Source: Phyllosticta citribraziliensis
Lineage: Eukaryota
Reading direction: 5' to 3'
Assembly: GCF_038025025.1 (NCBI RefSeq)
Contig: NW_027117348.1
Location: 1,302,001 to 1,366,000, forward strand
Length of the DNA: 64,000 nt
In this document: positions 45,259 to 57,237 of the stretch, piece after piece
How the letters are laid out: each line of letters starts with the position of its first letter
How positions within the stretch are numbered: the first letter of the stretch is position 1
Made by a program: the position numbers and the translations under genes
Notes under the pieces: model-generated
Told to the model about the DNA's origin: nothing
Database searches by the model: none
The model's input: only the letters and a program-made list of their open reading frames with translations

Positions 45259-45660
45259 GATGGCGGCCCTGATCGAGATGTGCTGCGCTGTATCGGGCGA
45301 GTTGCAGGGTGAGAGGGTGTGGTGGTTTGTCTGGACGCGCCGTCGCGTTCCCACGTGCCGCGCGAATGTGGTTGCCGCGCGGGACTGGACTAGGCGTGCG
45401 ACTCGACCACTAAAAGTTCGCATCGACTGTCAAATCCATGCTGATGCTGTAAGTAGAAGTAGTGTTGGAGATTGCTGTGGTCAAAACAAAGTCATGCCCT
45501 AGCTTCGATTGGCGAGCGAGCTTCGGGTCAGTGCGCGGATCCTACGTCACCAGCTCAGGGCTTCACTTCAGTTGAGGTTGACATTATTCTAGAAGCATTA
45601 TTCTAGAAAAATGCCCTGACCTAGGTATTCATGGGTATTATATGCTAGCAGACCTACACA

Positions 45661-46490
45661 TCAACCCGCTACTGCCTTGACGCGCGTGTCCAGCGACAAC
45701 CTCTCCGCGGGACCGAGCTCCACCACGCCCTTCATGACATTTTTAAAGGCCATGATTTCTGCCGTGGCCTTTTCCCTCGTCTCTGGCTTGTAATTGTCCT
45801 GAATCTTGATGGACACTTGTAGAATGTATGCGCCGCTACTATCAAGAGGTTCTAGCTCGTCGTACGACGGGAGGGCTTCGACTGGGGAATCGCGACTCGG
45901 GACGGAGGTGGGCAGGCGCATAATACGATGCAGAAGGATGATGGCGTTCTTGTGCACGAATTGGTAGCCCTCGTCAATATACTCGGATACGTACCTGGAC
46001 CGTTAGCAGTCGGTCAACAGCGGCGTGGACATTCCTACTTGTATTGAGAGGCCTTCATAAAGGCATGCGGGTCGCCAGCCGTCACGTCAGAAGTCTGTAT
46101 CCATCGCATGTTGATGGGTCTCTGACCAGCCTCTGGTATGTCCTGGAACAGAATCGTCCAACCCTTGGCTTCACCGTCTTGGACGTGTGGCTTGGTGTCG
46201 ACGCCGTTCGTCGGCTCGGTCAAGTCGGCCTCGTCCAGCTCCGTGACCGTCTGCCAGTAGTACATGTCCTTTTGGAGCTGTTCGCGGGATGTTGCGCGCT
46301 GGGTGGTCTGGACGGTTTGGCTGGCGCCGACGGCATACTGGCGCTGGACGGGATTGCGTTGCGGGCGGTAGATTACATGGCGCTCAATGAGGCGGCGAGG
46401 TTGCATGCCCGCAATCCCGGCGAGGATGTTGAGGAGCTGATCATGACGCGATTGGGGCACTTGGCCAAAGTGAAGCAGCTCATGGGGCAT
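45661..46490 (-). CDS. MED18: Mediator subunit Med18 (Srb5)
   Basis: MPHELLHFGQVP..QLLNILAGIAGMQP..ERHVIYRP, FQDIPEAG, LDSSGAYILQVSI, ERLSLDTRVK. Intron 45995-46038. Confidence 0.92.
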
Positions 46491-47545
46491 GTTGGAGGAA
46501 ATGTTCGGAGAGAAGTTGATGCGCGTCTCCAGACAAGGGTCGGTCGGCGCGAGTCGCAGCGTGTGGGGTTGAGAGGGCGCGGGACACGGAGCGAGCAGGG
46601 CGTCGATAAGATGGAATCGAATGACAGGATTTTTTGGCCAACCCGGAGCGCGGACAAGCACGCAAGCACGAGGGTCGAGGGAGCGTGTCAGTGGTCGGTA
46701 TCCTGTATCCGCTTCGAGGGCCTTTCGTCCGCTCACAAATCCGATTTGGAGGCACCCCGCCAAGCATCACGACGGATTTCCAACCACCGACACCGAGGGG
46801 AGGCAGTCTGGAAAGGGATGCTCCAAAAAGCAAACCAGAATTGGTGATTGGTTTCCCAAGGCTCGTGTCCCGACGTTCTCTTCTTGGCTCAATCCAGGCC
46901 AGGCACGACCAAACATGGAGCCGACGTCATCTGTTAAACGGCTGTTGGAAATGGTTTCCAAACATGTCCAGCCAAAGCAGCTGTAGGCAGATCCGCAAGC
47001 AGTAAATTTTTCCGACTCTCACGGGTAGTCTGCTGCAACAAGAATGCCATCCGGACAGGCAGTTCCGTCGTCGGCAGGTTTTCGAAGTCTAGAGGAGCAG
47101 CAATTGCGTCGAAGAAGTGGCGTGACAAGGCCGTTGAGAGACGGACGGACGGGGAGCTGGAGCTAAAGGGAGCGACCGGAAGGAGCCCGAAGTGCCTGAG
47201 GTGTCTGCCCTGTCTCTCTTCAGTCGGACCACCGTTATCGGATGACGCTCAGACGACGACAAATCCAGTACCAATTCACGTTCCTGCTTCTCCGCCCGGC
47301 CGTATATTATTCAAAGCCCGCTGCCCGCCCGTTGCGCATTCTTCCTCTCCTGCTCCAACACGTCGTCGTCGTTGTCGTTGACCAGACCCACTCGACCTGA
47401 CCTGACCTCCAAATCCGCCGACCCGCCGCTAGCCGTTCCGCTCCGACACCTCACCCACCGCCGTCCAGTGCAATCTCGACTGCCCACTTTCACCTCCCCG
47501 CGTCGCCAACTCCTCACACAACACCACACACACTCGCCTGCAAAA

Positions 47546-48013
47546 ATGCTCCCTACCGGCCGTCTCCTCCAGCAGGCTCGCCAGCCCTTGATTCGCTTCC
47601 TGGGCAAGCGCTCTCCTCCAACCCGTACGTCACTGCATTCCTGCCCCGCTGCCACCCTCCCGTCGTCTTCGTGCCACCTTCACATGCCGCCAACTCTCAA
47701 CGCGTCGCCCTTGACTGACCTCCGCCCCCCAGATGTCGACCACACCCCTCACGTCCACCCGGCCTCGCCCATGAAGTCTCTCCCAGACTCGTTCGCCAGC
47801 TACCGCCAAAAGGCCCAGCAGCACGGCCCGCTCAACAGACGCGACCTGTCCGCCCACGTCGGCTCCAAGCCCGGCGCCGCCCTGGGCCCCGTCAAGCCCA
47901 GCCCCGGCGAGTTCTGGGACCGCACCGAGCTGCCCTCGCGCTTCGGCCGCCTGCGATGGACCAAGGCCGAAATCGAGGCCGTCGAGAGCGGCGGCGCCAG
48001 CCTCTTTGCTTAA
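47546..48013 (+). CDS. KGD4: Kgd4/Ymr31 (MRPS36 family) mitochondrial 2-oxoglutarate dehydrogenase adaptor
   Basis: QPLIRFLGKR, DHTPHVHPASP, FASYRQKAQQHGPL, GEFWDRTELPSRF, EIEAVESGGA. In-frame 108-nt intron 47625-47732. Confidence 0.9.
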   Translation: MLPTGRLLQQARQPLIRFLGKRSPPTRTSLHSCPAATLPSSSCHLHMPPTLNASPLTDLRPPDVDHTPHVHPASPMKSLPDSFASYRQKAQQHGPLNRRDLSAHVGSKPGAALGPVKPSPGEFWDRTELPSRFGRLRWTKAEIEAVESGGASLFA

Positions 48014-50234
48014 AATCAACAATCCTCCAAAAAAATTCTAGCTGAGAGAACACAAAAACAATCATTTCAAGCTATTGGCCGGAAGCAGTGTCTACACCAA
48101 CTCGACCCCTGACGCGCATCTCTGCGTCCTGCTGGCTCACAGCCGACCGCGGAGCGTGGCGCTTCACCCATCATTGTCTTGCACCGCATCACATCACGGC
48201 AAGAGCGAGCTGTCGCCGCGGCGTGCCATTGGAAAAGAGCCAGGGGAACCCCACTCGCACTGTCCGACGCGCGGACTCACATAGCCGCGTACATCGGGTC
48301 ACGTCCGGGGAGCGTGTACAGAATGCTTGGACGCGGCAGAGGCGTGCTTTTTGAGGACAAGTTGGCTGGCTGGTTGGTTGGTCGGTTGGTTGCGGCAGGG
48401 CGAACGGGTGGTCATCGTAAAAGCAATGTCTCCGCGGTTGGTTAGAAAAAGAGCCAGGTTTAGACAGACAGACAGACAGACAGATCTCTTCTGCCTCCCT
48501 CTCTGCGCCCTTTGCGGCCTGCTGCTGTTGGCGCGTAATACCCACACACTGCTTCACATCAATCAGACCGTCACCATCATCATCCTCTGTCTTCCTTCTC
48601 GTGTGCACAAAGCTCCAGCTGCTTGTCTCACCCACCCTTCAATTCCCCCCGTTTTCGGTCTCCGAATTTTCTGTCAACCACCCACCTCCCTCCCTCACCG
48701 AACCACCACTTGCCCCCGTCATCCCGCTCCCGTCTCCGCCCCGTCTCCGCCCCGTCTCCGCTCCGTCCCCGGCTGTCCCCACCCACGATACCAGCGTCAC
48801 CAGCGCCACGAGCGGCAATCGGTCGACCTGTCGGCCTGCCTGTCGTCAATCGTCAATCGTCAATCCCTCGCCGCGGCCGCCCTCCACGCACAGCTTGCTC
48901 CCGAGCCCGAACCTTTCTGTCCCGAACCGCACCGAACCGATTGTCCGTTGTCGGCGCCGCTGCCGCTGCCGCTGCCGCTGCCAGCAGATGGATGGATGGA
49001 TGGATTGACGGTGGTGGGTGCGGTGCGGGCGATGCCGGAGGGCGCCAGGTAGTCTAGGCCGGTACCGGGTCGGAGATTGGACTGGTGATGCAATTGACGG
49101 TGGGTGGATAGTGGGATATATCGACAGCCAGCCCTTCCTTTAAGGGTTTAGAGGCTGCTGCTGCTACTACTTGTTATGTAGGTGGTGCTGGTGCTGGTTC
49201 TGGTGCTAGCACGCTGCGTGCGGCAGTACTTTGACGTGATGCTCCTGCTTTGCGGCCTCTTGTCTCGTTTCTTTCTTCGCGGGTGATGAGGTGGTGGTGG
49301 TAGTTAATGTCTCCCTCTCTCGCAGGCGTTCGCTTTGAGGTGTTAGGGGCGTAGGCGTTGGTGTGGTGCGTAGCTTAGCAGGTAGAGGAGCGCTTGCTGA
49401 GAGTCTTCTAGGTCCATTCATCAACATGCTGAGCTGTCCAATGAGCGAAGAGCCTTGATGGTCTTGTATTGATTTTGTGGTACTTTGTCAGACTTGCCCA
49501 AATTGCGGTTTTCCTTTTCGTAACATTATTCTCCAGTGTTGATGTGCAACTTTGACGCTTCGTCCAGTGGGAGTCAGCACTTCACGCCATGTCGTTGCGC
49601 AATGAAGCTATTGATCTGACTGCCAATGACACTTGGAGCATCGAAGCCGCGGTGATGTCTAGCAGTTTGATGAGGAAAAGTAATCACTTCAACGTTCCTG
49701 CCCAAAGTCGCCCCTTTGTGAATCCTTCATCCTTCAACTCGCAACCTTTTGTAGGTCTATTGTGCGCCGCCATAGTTGTGATTACTATTCCATGTATAAC
49801 GCTAAGGAGCATCTAGCGCGCGCTAGCACTACCATCCAAATCAAATCGCACGATCCGCCGTGAGGATGAGGGGAGAATCGTCAGCGACTGATGCAGACAG
49901 ACATGTGATGTGGTCCAAAAAAAAAAAAAAAGCGGAATCAGCACGGCGAACTCAGTTCAACGCACTCAACTACCGAATCCTGCACCACATCGATCCCACG
50001 ACGCTTCAGCATCCGCGGCTGCAGACAAAACAAAACGCACCTCCACACAAACATCCGTTCATTAATCACGACGCAGTCCGACCAGCGTACGAGAGCGAGC
50101 GCACGGCGCCGATTACTCAACACCAACCACAACCACAAGCTCCAGTCGCAAACGAGACGCAAAGCTGACCTCTGCGTACAACGACAGCAGACGCAAAAGA
50201 AGAGGCCGCAACGGCAGCAGCATCGGCCACAAAC

Positions 50235-50240
50235 TATAAA
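50235..50240 (+). promoter_or_regulatory. TATA box of the tautomerase gene
   Basis: TATAAA about 135 bp upstream of ATG 50373. Confidence 0.5.
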
Positions 50241-50372
50241 GCGCCTCGACACGGCGCCAAAAGGCAAAGCCAAACAAGCAACACGCCTCAACTCAATCGG
50301 CCGCACCCGCACCCCTGATCCCTCCTCTCCAACTAACTCTCAGAAACACCCCTGCAGCCTACCACCACACCA

Positions 50373-50935
50373 ATGCCTCGCTGGACCATCTACCACTCCG
50401 ACGCCGACACCGGCGCGCTCGCGACGCCCGCTGCTCGCGCCGCCCTCGCCCGCGCCATCACGGCGCTGTACACGCGCGTCGGGCTGCCCGCTTTCTACGT
50501 CGTCGTGCTGTTCCACGCGCTGCCGCCGACGCAGCTGTATGTTGGCGGCGAGGCGAACGATGGGGTGCGGCGCCGCCCGTTTGTGAGGCTGGCGTTTGAG
50601 CATGTGGCACGCGCGTTTGAGAGTAGGGAGATGAAAGAGAGGTTTTTGGCGAAGGTATGTGTTTGTGTTGTTTTTGGCGTGGGAGTTTGGAGGGAGGGAG
50701 AGAGGCGGTGGGAAGCTGGGGATGGGAATTGGAATTGTGTTGACGAGGAGCCATACAGATCGACGAGGTGTTGAAGCCGCACCTGCTGGACCAGGGCTAC
50801 GACTACGAGTACACGGGCGCCGACACGGATCGCGACTTGTGGCGCATCAACGGCGTTGCGCCGCCGCGGGAGGACACGCCGGCGTTCGAGGCGTGGAAGA
50901 GGGAGAATAGGGCCGTGCCGCTGGAGAGCCTGTAG
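50373..50935 (+). CDS. Tautomerase superfamily protein (cis-CaaD-like / putative oxalocrotonate tautomerase)
   Basis: Catalytic Pro1 (M-PRWTIYH), ITALY..GLPAFYVVVLF, FVRLAFEHVAR. Intron 50655-50758. RDLWRINGVAPP..WKRENR. Confidence 0.9.
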
Positions 50936-51088
50936 GACAGGCGAACGATTGGGGGAAGAGGAGGGATATATACAGATGCCTCCTCTCTACCCAAAAGAAC
51001 CAGATCGCTACTCCCAATGCCATGCGCGTCGAATGTGCCTGTATACCACGCGTCTCTGTATAGCCAGTGACTGTACAATTTTATGTAC

Positions 51089-53889
51089 TCACGACCGCCG
51101 CCACTGCGCGCTCGTCCACTCAAACAGCTCGTCCACAAAAGTATCCTCCTCCTTGTAGCCCTGCCCGGCCTCCGAGTGTATGCCCAGCTCGCTCAGCTCC
51201 ATGACGCTGTCCTCCTTCTTCTGCCCCGCGTCGATGCGAATGTCCTGGCTGACCATGATGCCGCCGCGCAGCCCGCGGTCGCGCGAGCTGGCCCGGCTGC
51301 TGCCGCTGCGCCGCTTCAGCATGTCGTCCATGCTGACCAGCTCGCGCTCGCTGGCCGAGTCGCCAAGCACTACCGTGCTCTCGCGGCGGCTACTGCCACC
51401 GTTGGGAGAGTGGTGGTGGCTGCTGTGCGCGACGGCCGAGAGCCACGATTTGATGCCGGCGTGCCGCAAAGGCTGCGGGCGTGCAATGCTCGCCTCGTCG
51501 TCGCCCAGGATGGCGTCGGTCGATGGGTGCGAGGGCGTGGTGCGGCCCGTCAGCGACTTTTGCATCTTGGTGCTGAGCGACGCCACCCTCTGCAGTCCCT
51601 TCTTCCGTTGCACGTCTCGCAGGTGGTGGTGGTGCTGCAGGCGGATCTCGCTGAATTCGCGGTGGATGCTGTGGGCGAGGACGGCGTGGTCTGCCGAGCC
51701 ACGGTGAATGTGCTGCCGGCAGCGGAAAAAGGAGAGGGGTGTATATGTCAGGCTGGGAGAGCGGTTCGATGACATGTGCACGTCCGGTATGATGCAAAAG
51801 GCAAACAGGGTGGCTGGACGCGTTGTCCCGGCGGCGGAATCGCGCAGCGGCCGCGCAGAAAAGAGCGCCTGGCGGAAAAAGTATTCAGGTACTGTAGTCT
51901 GCAGCTCATCCATCCCTTGACGGAAGGTGGCAGCAAACTCGTTCTCTTCGTCCGTCCAAATCTTGTCCGTCTTCTGCGTCCGAAGACCGCTGCTTATGAT
52001 TCGGGAGCACTCGGCCACGGACAGGTTGTCGAGGCGTCGCAAAAAGTCGTACATGGCGTCTGTTGGAGGGTTCTCGGAGAGATTGACCTTGGGCAAATGG
52101 TGCGGCTCACATCGAGGGACCAGTACGTCCCAGTTCGATGACAGCGGCTTCAGGGCAGGTCGGAGTGCGAAAAAGGCGAGCCAGGTCCCGGAGTTTGGCA
52201 GTCCGTCGCCGCGGTTGGTGTATTCTCTCAGACGTCCAACAGTATCTCTCAGCTCCGTCTTCTCCACTTGCATGTTTCTCGAAATAATGTCTCCCACTTG
52301 GTCCAGCGTGGCCCACCGAAACCCCTGAGCTTTCATCCCAGCACAATCTTCTCTTTTCAGTTGCCGTGTCACTATCAACAGTTGGCCCCTTCCAAATAGT
52401 GACGGAGGTGCGGCGGGAATCGCCGATTCAATGTCGTCCTTGCTGGTCAGTTTTTCGGCCTTTGTCCCGCCGTTTGCAGTCCCTGTCATGAGAATCTCTT
52501 CCCACAAATGCCCCAAATTTTGGATGCGTGTGCCCATGGATGATGCCAGTTCAGACGCCGCAACACAAAAGTGCTCGCGGAAGATGATGGAGTAGTCAAG
52601 CTCCGGCGCCGGGCCGTCGTCTTGCTTGATTGGTGACGGTGACGGCTTGCCACGACTGCCAGGGGTAGAAACGTCGCGCAAGCTACCAACTGAACGCAGG
52701 TGTTGGCGCATTGAGCCTATCAAGTCTGAAACACAGTCCCAATTGTATGTGACACGAAAGATCCATTGGAAGACGGGATGAGCGACGTTGAATTCGTCGT
52801 TGAAGGACTGGATCTGTCAGCAAGACTCCGATTGTCGAGACCAACTCACCCTCTGATTATATCTCCTGGTAATCTTCTGACAGGGCAAGATGCCTTCTTG
52901 CGTGACGAGAATTTTTCCGTCTGGGTCAAAAGTTGCAGAAGCCAAGACTACGTGCTGTGCCCTGTCGGCAAGGTGTTTCTTCCGTCTCGATGTCAACCAC
53001 ATCATGAGGAAACAAACGAGCAGCGCCATTATACACTATTCCGTTAGAAGAGTCTTTTGGCGAAGAAGGAGACTTACCAGCGCGATCGCCACAATGGTGT
53101 TGTTGTTTCTTCCACTCTCAGCACCAGTGTAGTACTGCTTCAAGGTATATCTCGTTCCAGCGGCTGCTGTCCAATGCATTCCCGTGACGGCGACGGCCAG
53201 AATCGCCGCCACGGGCAACCGCCGCGGCAGGCTGTTGATCCAGTGCTCCTTTTGATGGAAAAAGAGTGTAATAGCCACATAGCAGGCAAAGGTGGCGATG
53301 AGAGCCGCGCCTATAATATGACGGGGGTCATTGTAGAGTTTATAAGTGGTGGTTCCAAAGTTGCCAATGTAGTGCATGCCGACGATTGCAAGGCCGGCAA
53401 AGATGCCAGTGATTCCGAGAGAAAGGTACAGGCTCCGTTTGGTGCGGTTGTAGCGCTCCGCAAATGCGAATCCGACAAAGAGGAAAATGACGGGCAGAAA
53501 TACTGACAGCGCCGTGAAGCTTGGAGAGTAGTAGAGCTGGATTTCCCTTTTGCCGTCGCCCAGTTCAATGGCACGATTGCCGACAAAGTGCATGCACCAT
53601 ATGCCAACGACGCCAAAGGAAATGGAGCAAGCACCAAGTTGAAGCCTAGCTCCCGTCAGTCGGGATGCAGCAAGTGTGATCAGGAAGCCCACCAGTTGCG
53701 CCAACCTTGGCCAGACTTCCGGCGGTGGAGCAACTCGACTGTTGCAACGGCACCGACAAAGCTTACAAGGTATGATGCTGCCATGATGCCCGGGTCACAG
53801 TGAAAGGGAACTCGTTGTCCTATGTGGTATTTGGTCGTTATGGCCGGGGGTTTTGAGGGATCCACCTTCTTCAATAGTCGTGTAGGCAT
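51089..53889 (-). CDS. Fungal MHYT-domain integral membrane sensor protein
   Basis: SYLVSFVGAVATVELLHRR and three MHYT-like motifs (GIWCMHFVGN, IVGMHYIGN, VTGMHWTA), then VVLASATFDPDGKILVT..G.LPCQKI, HPVFQWIFRV, FREHF. Joined by canonical introns. Confidence 0.88.
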
Positions 53890-55365
53890 GACGTCGAATC
53901 CAAGGGATCTAGTCCACGCGAGGGGAAAATGTTGATCGTCGAGAAAACGTGGAGACCAAACTTCCAGAGTCGTTCCAGCGCTCAAGATTCCGAGTCTTGT
54001 CTTGTTTCCAGCGAGGCGCTATTTCACAAGAGATTGTTCCGATGCCTGCACTCCAGCTTCTCTTGTGCGACTTGGCGGACTCTTTTGGAAAACAATCCGA
54101 TAAACGCCACTCAGACAAAGAGCCTCCTTTGTCAGTGCTCCACGTGCCAGTAAGGCTCCGTGCCTAACGCCAGTATCCGAATCCGATGCTCTTGGCTAGA
54201 TTGGCAGCCGGGATCAAGCCGCCCGAAATGTTGATGGTCCAAGCAAAACGCCCGGACATGCGAAAGGAAGCGAACAAATAATGGCGGCGCTGACTGAATT
54301 AAACAAGAAAAATGTCGCACAGATGTATGGGTATTTGGGGGAAAGGGAAGAGTTTCAGGCGCGCTGCGGTGCTGTGCCTCGTGTGGTTTGGTTGAATTAT
54401 CGTCTCTTGTGTGACGAAGCGAAGTGATCCAGCTTGACTGAAGCAAAGTCGAGTGCGAACGAATGTTGTAGTTGGGGACTGTAAGTACTTTGCGCGTGGC
54501 GGTAAGCATTTCATATCCAACTCTGCGGAGCTTTTGCCCAGGTCGTCCTTGCATGGCGTCAGAGCGGTTTGGGCCACCTGTGAGTGCAACACAACGCGAT
54601 GAGCTCCAGAACATCAGTATTGACTGGCCAAGGGCCATGGAAATAAGCGAACCTCTTGGGCGCTCTTATTTTCGCTTCGACAGATCGGTTGTCGCTGGCG
54701 GAGAGATGTCCTCGATCGAGCGCCGAAGCTGAGCCTACATCTCAACATGACCTGATCTTGACGGGTCGGATCCTGGCCCTGCATCCTTTGGCCTGCAAAA
54801 GAAGCATGTTTGGGCATGGAGGCACCACTGCCCGCGATGCAGGCGCACTGGAAGGGAAATGGCGCCGTTGATAGGGACAACACTCGTCGTACACGGCGTC
54901 GCAGACTTGCAGCGGTCTGCGTCAAGATGCCACCGCAATTTGGTCCACAGTGCGGACCCACGCTGCAAAGAAAGAAAAGTCGGTTGATGATTCAAGACCA
55001 CATGGCGCTGAAGTTTGGTAAATTCGCGCTGCCCCACAACTTGAGCCTGGTAAAGCGCGCCGGGCCAAAGAGCATCTCCAGGATTCCGCTGATCTGATGC
55101 TCAATCTGACGCGCATCTTCGGCTGCAGCCGATATTGTGAGGTGGACAGAACGCTCGCTGTTCTGTGCGCCGACATGTGTGATCCCTGTCAAAACCAAAA
55201 TCAGCCCACCCAACTCGAATGCTACTTTTAGTCCTCATCTTTACGAAGCGTGCGATTCGTCTTTTTGATGCCAGTCTGTCATTCCATTAATGAGTTATCC
55301 ATACAAAGGGTCTTCAGCTACCACCGCAACAAAGAATCGACGCCAAAAACTAGCGAAGTAGTCTG

Positions 55366-57046
55366 TCAAAGTAAGTCGTCAAGTTCTCCGCTCTCAAAGA
55401 TGTCGTCAAAGTCGGAACTATCATGCAGCATTCCGGGCAAGAAGTCGTCCTCGTGCTCCATGGATGTGAAAGTGTCCTGCAAAGGCATGTTGTACACAGA
55501 GTCGACGATCATTTCATCTGAAAAGTCGGGGTCATGCAAGAGACCAAATTCGTCATCCGCGCCATCATCAACTCCCAAGAAAGCGTCGTACTCGTACTCG
55601 GCATCATCCAGCCTTTCAAACCCTTGGACTCCATTGCTGTCAAAGATGGAACTATTCGAGAATTCTGGAAGCAAGTCGTCGTCATTTGACGTGTCAATGT
55701 TGTGGACATTTTCGGTCTTCAAAGGCCGAATTCGTCTCGCAGCCCCTGGATCATATAGCTCCCGTTGCAAAAGCTTCCACAGGTTGACAGAGACAGACTG
55801 GAATAAAGTCCCTTGGCTTGAAGGTATGGGTTCGCTGGTCGATGGACTTGAGTGAGGTGTCGGGTGGTGTAGGCTTTGCAGTTCTGAAAGCTTCTCCCTT
55901 AGACCAGGTGACTTCGCCTGCATCAACAGAGGACTAGACAATGTATGTGCAATGGTTGAGATGAATGGCGCACGCTCCGAGACTGTCTGCCTTCTTTTTA
56001 GCATGGAAGTGAGCCCAACTCTTTGCGATTCAAACCTTGAGAAAGTCTGGGCTCCACAGAGCTGGTGCAATACTTGCCAACTTCATTTTCATGTCATCCG
56101 ACTTGACTTTGACGCCGCCCTTTTGCTTTGGTGCTTTTTCGCAGATCGAGTAGTAGAGGACCGTGTCGACGAGACTGGCAATCGTCTCGGAAGTCAGGGC
56201 TCCATCTCTTTCCAAGAGCCCTTTCTCTTCGATTTCCATTGAGATGCCACTGTCTACTCTTGCGGTTTTTGAAGTTGACCTCCATCCTTGACTACCGACA
56301 GTTTCAGTGGAATCCATCATTGGGCAGTCCTCTGGCGCGTCCAGCAGCATCGAGTCGTCCGAGACAATTTCGAAATCCTCTTCCTCGTAAACATCGTCCA
56401 TTGAAATCAAGTCAATGTCGGATTCTGGACTTTCGCCAACCTGAGTATGGCTGCTTTCAATCCGACAAGCGCCATGGTGCTTCTTTCTTTGGACCTTGCG
56501 TTGCCGAATGGGTGAAATTTCAACCTTGAGCATGACTTGTTCTAAGAGTACCACGTGGACACCATCTGGAGGCTGCACGTCTGCAATGGAGGCGCCAGTT
56601 GCCAGGCGATGTCTTTCTTGACTTTCACATTCGACGTTGGAATGAGCCAGGTTGATCCTGATGCTGTTTAGTTCCTCTTGGCCCTCCAGTGATGAAACAG
56701 GCAGTGTTGGTCGGAGTTGCAGTTGTTTCCAGAGCTGGAATCAGATTAGCACGGCATCAGCCACTGGTTGGACGTCACTTGCTTCTGCGTTGCAGATGCT
56801 GTTTGCGACGTGATGAGACTGTTGGCAATTCAGAGGCTTCCCGTCCACACAAATTTCCAAAGCCAGATGCAGGCCCTGTCCGCGACGAACCCATCCAGAT
56901 TGTTCTGCCAGGATCGATGAAAGAGCTGCACGGTCCGAGGAAGCGGCATTCTGCAACGAAGCTGTGATGGTTGCTTGAGAAGTCAGCTGGAGATTCGCCT
57001 TGGAGACGCTCAAGCAAAGCTGCCCGAGGTCCAACGTCTGCGACAT
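55366..57046 (-). CDS. Conserved fungal hypothetical protein with acidic C-terminus (3 exons, first intron GC-AG)
   Basis: Introns 56735-56782 (GCAAGT..CTAAT..CAG) and 55987-56035 join ORFs 56741, 56030 and 55366 into one frame (...LASIAPALWSPDFLK|TVSERAPFISTIA...). Confidence 0.65.
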
Positions 57047-57237
57047 GGTTGCGCTCCATGGAAGATGACGGATTCTGCTTTGTTGAAGTGGGTGGAAGAG
57101 TCGGAGGGTACCGGGCAGGTGCTCCCGTTGTAACCGAAATGGCGGGGCACGGCCCGATAAAGCTGCCATGATTACCTCACCCCTTGCTGCACTGCAGCTC
57201 GTCTTGTTTTCCTCCTTTCTCAAAACCCATTTGCACC

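Noticed and set aside
46491..47545. Structured ncRNA (TPP riboswitch, RNase P/MRP, telomerase RNA) in the MED18-KGD4 intergenic region
   Set aside because: Only a short hairpin near 46943-46965; the diagnostic conserved motifs and a TAACCCTAA template are absent.
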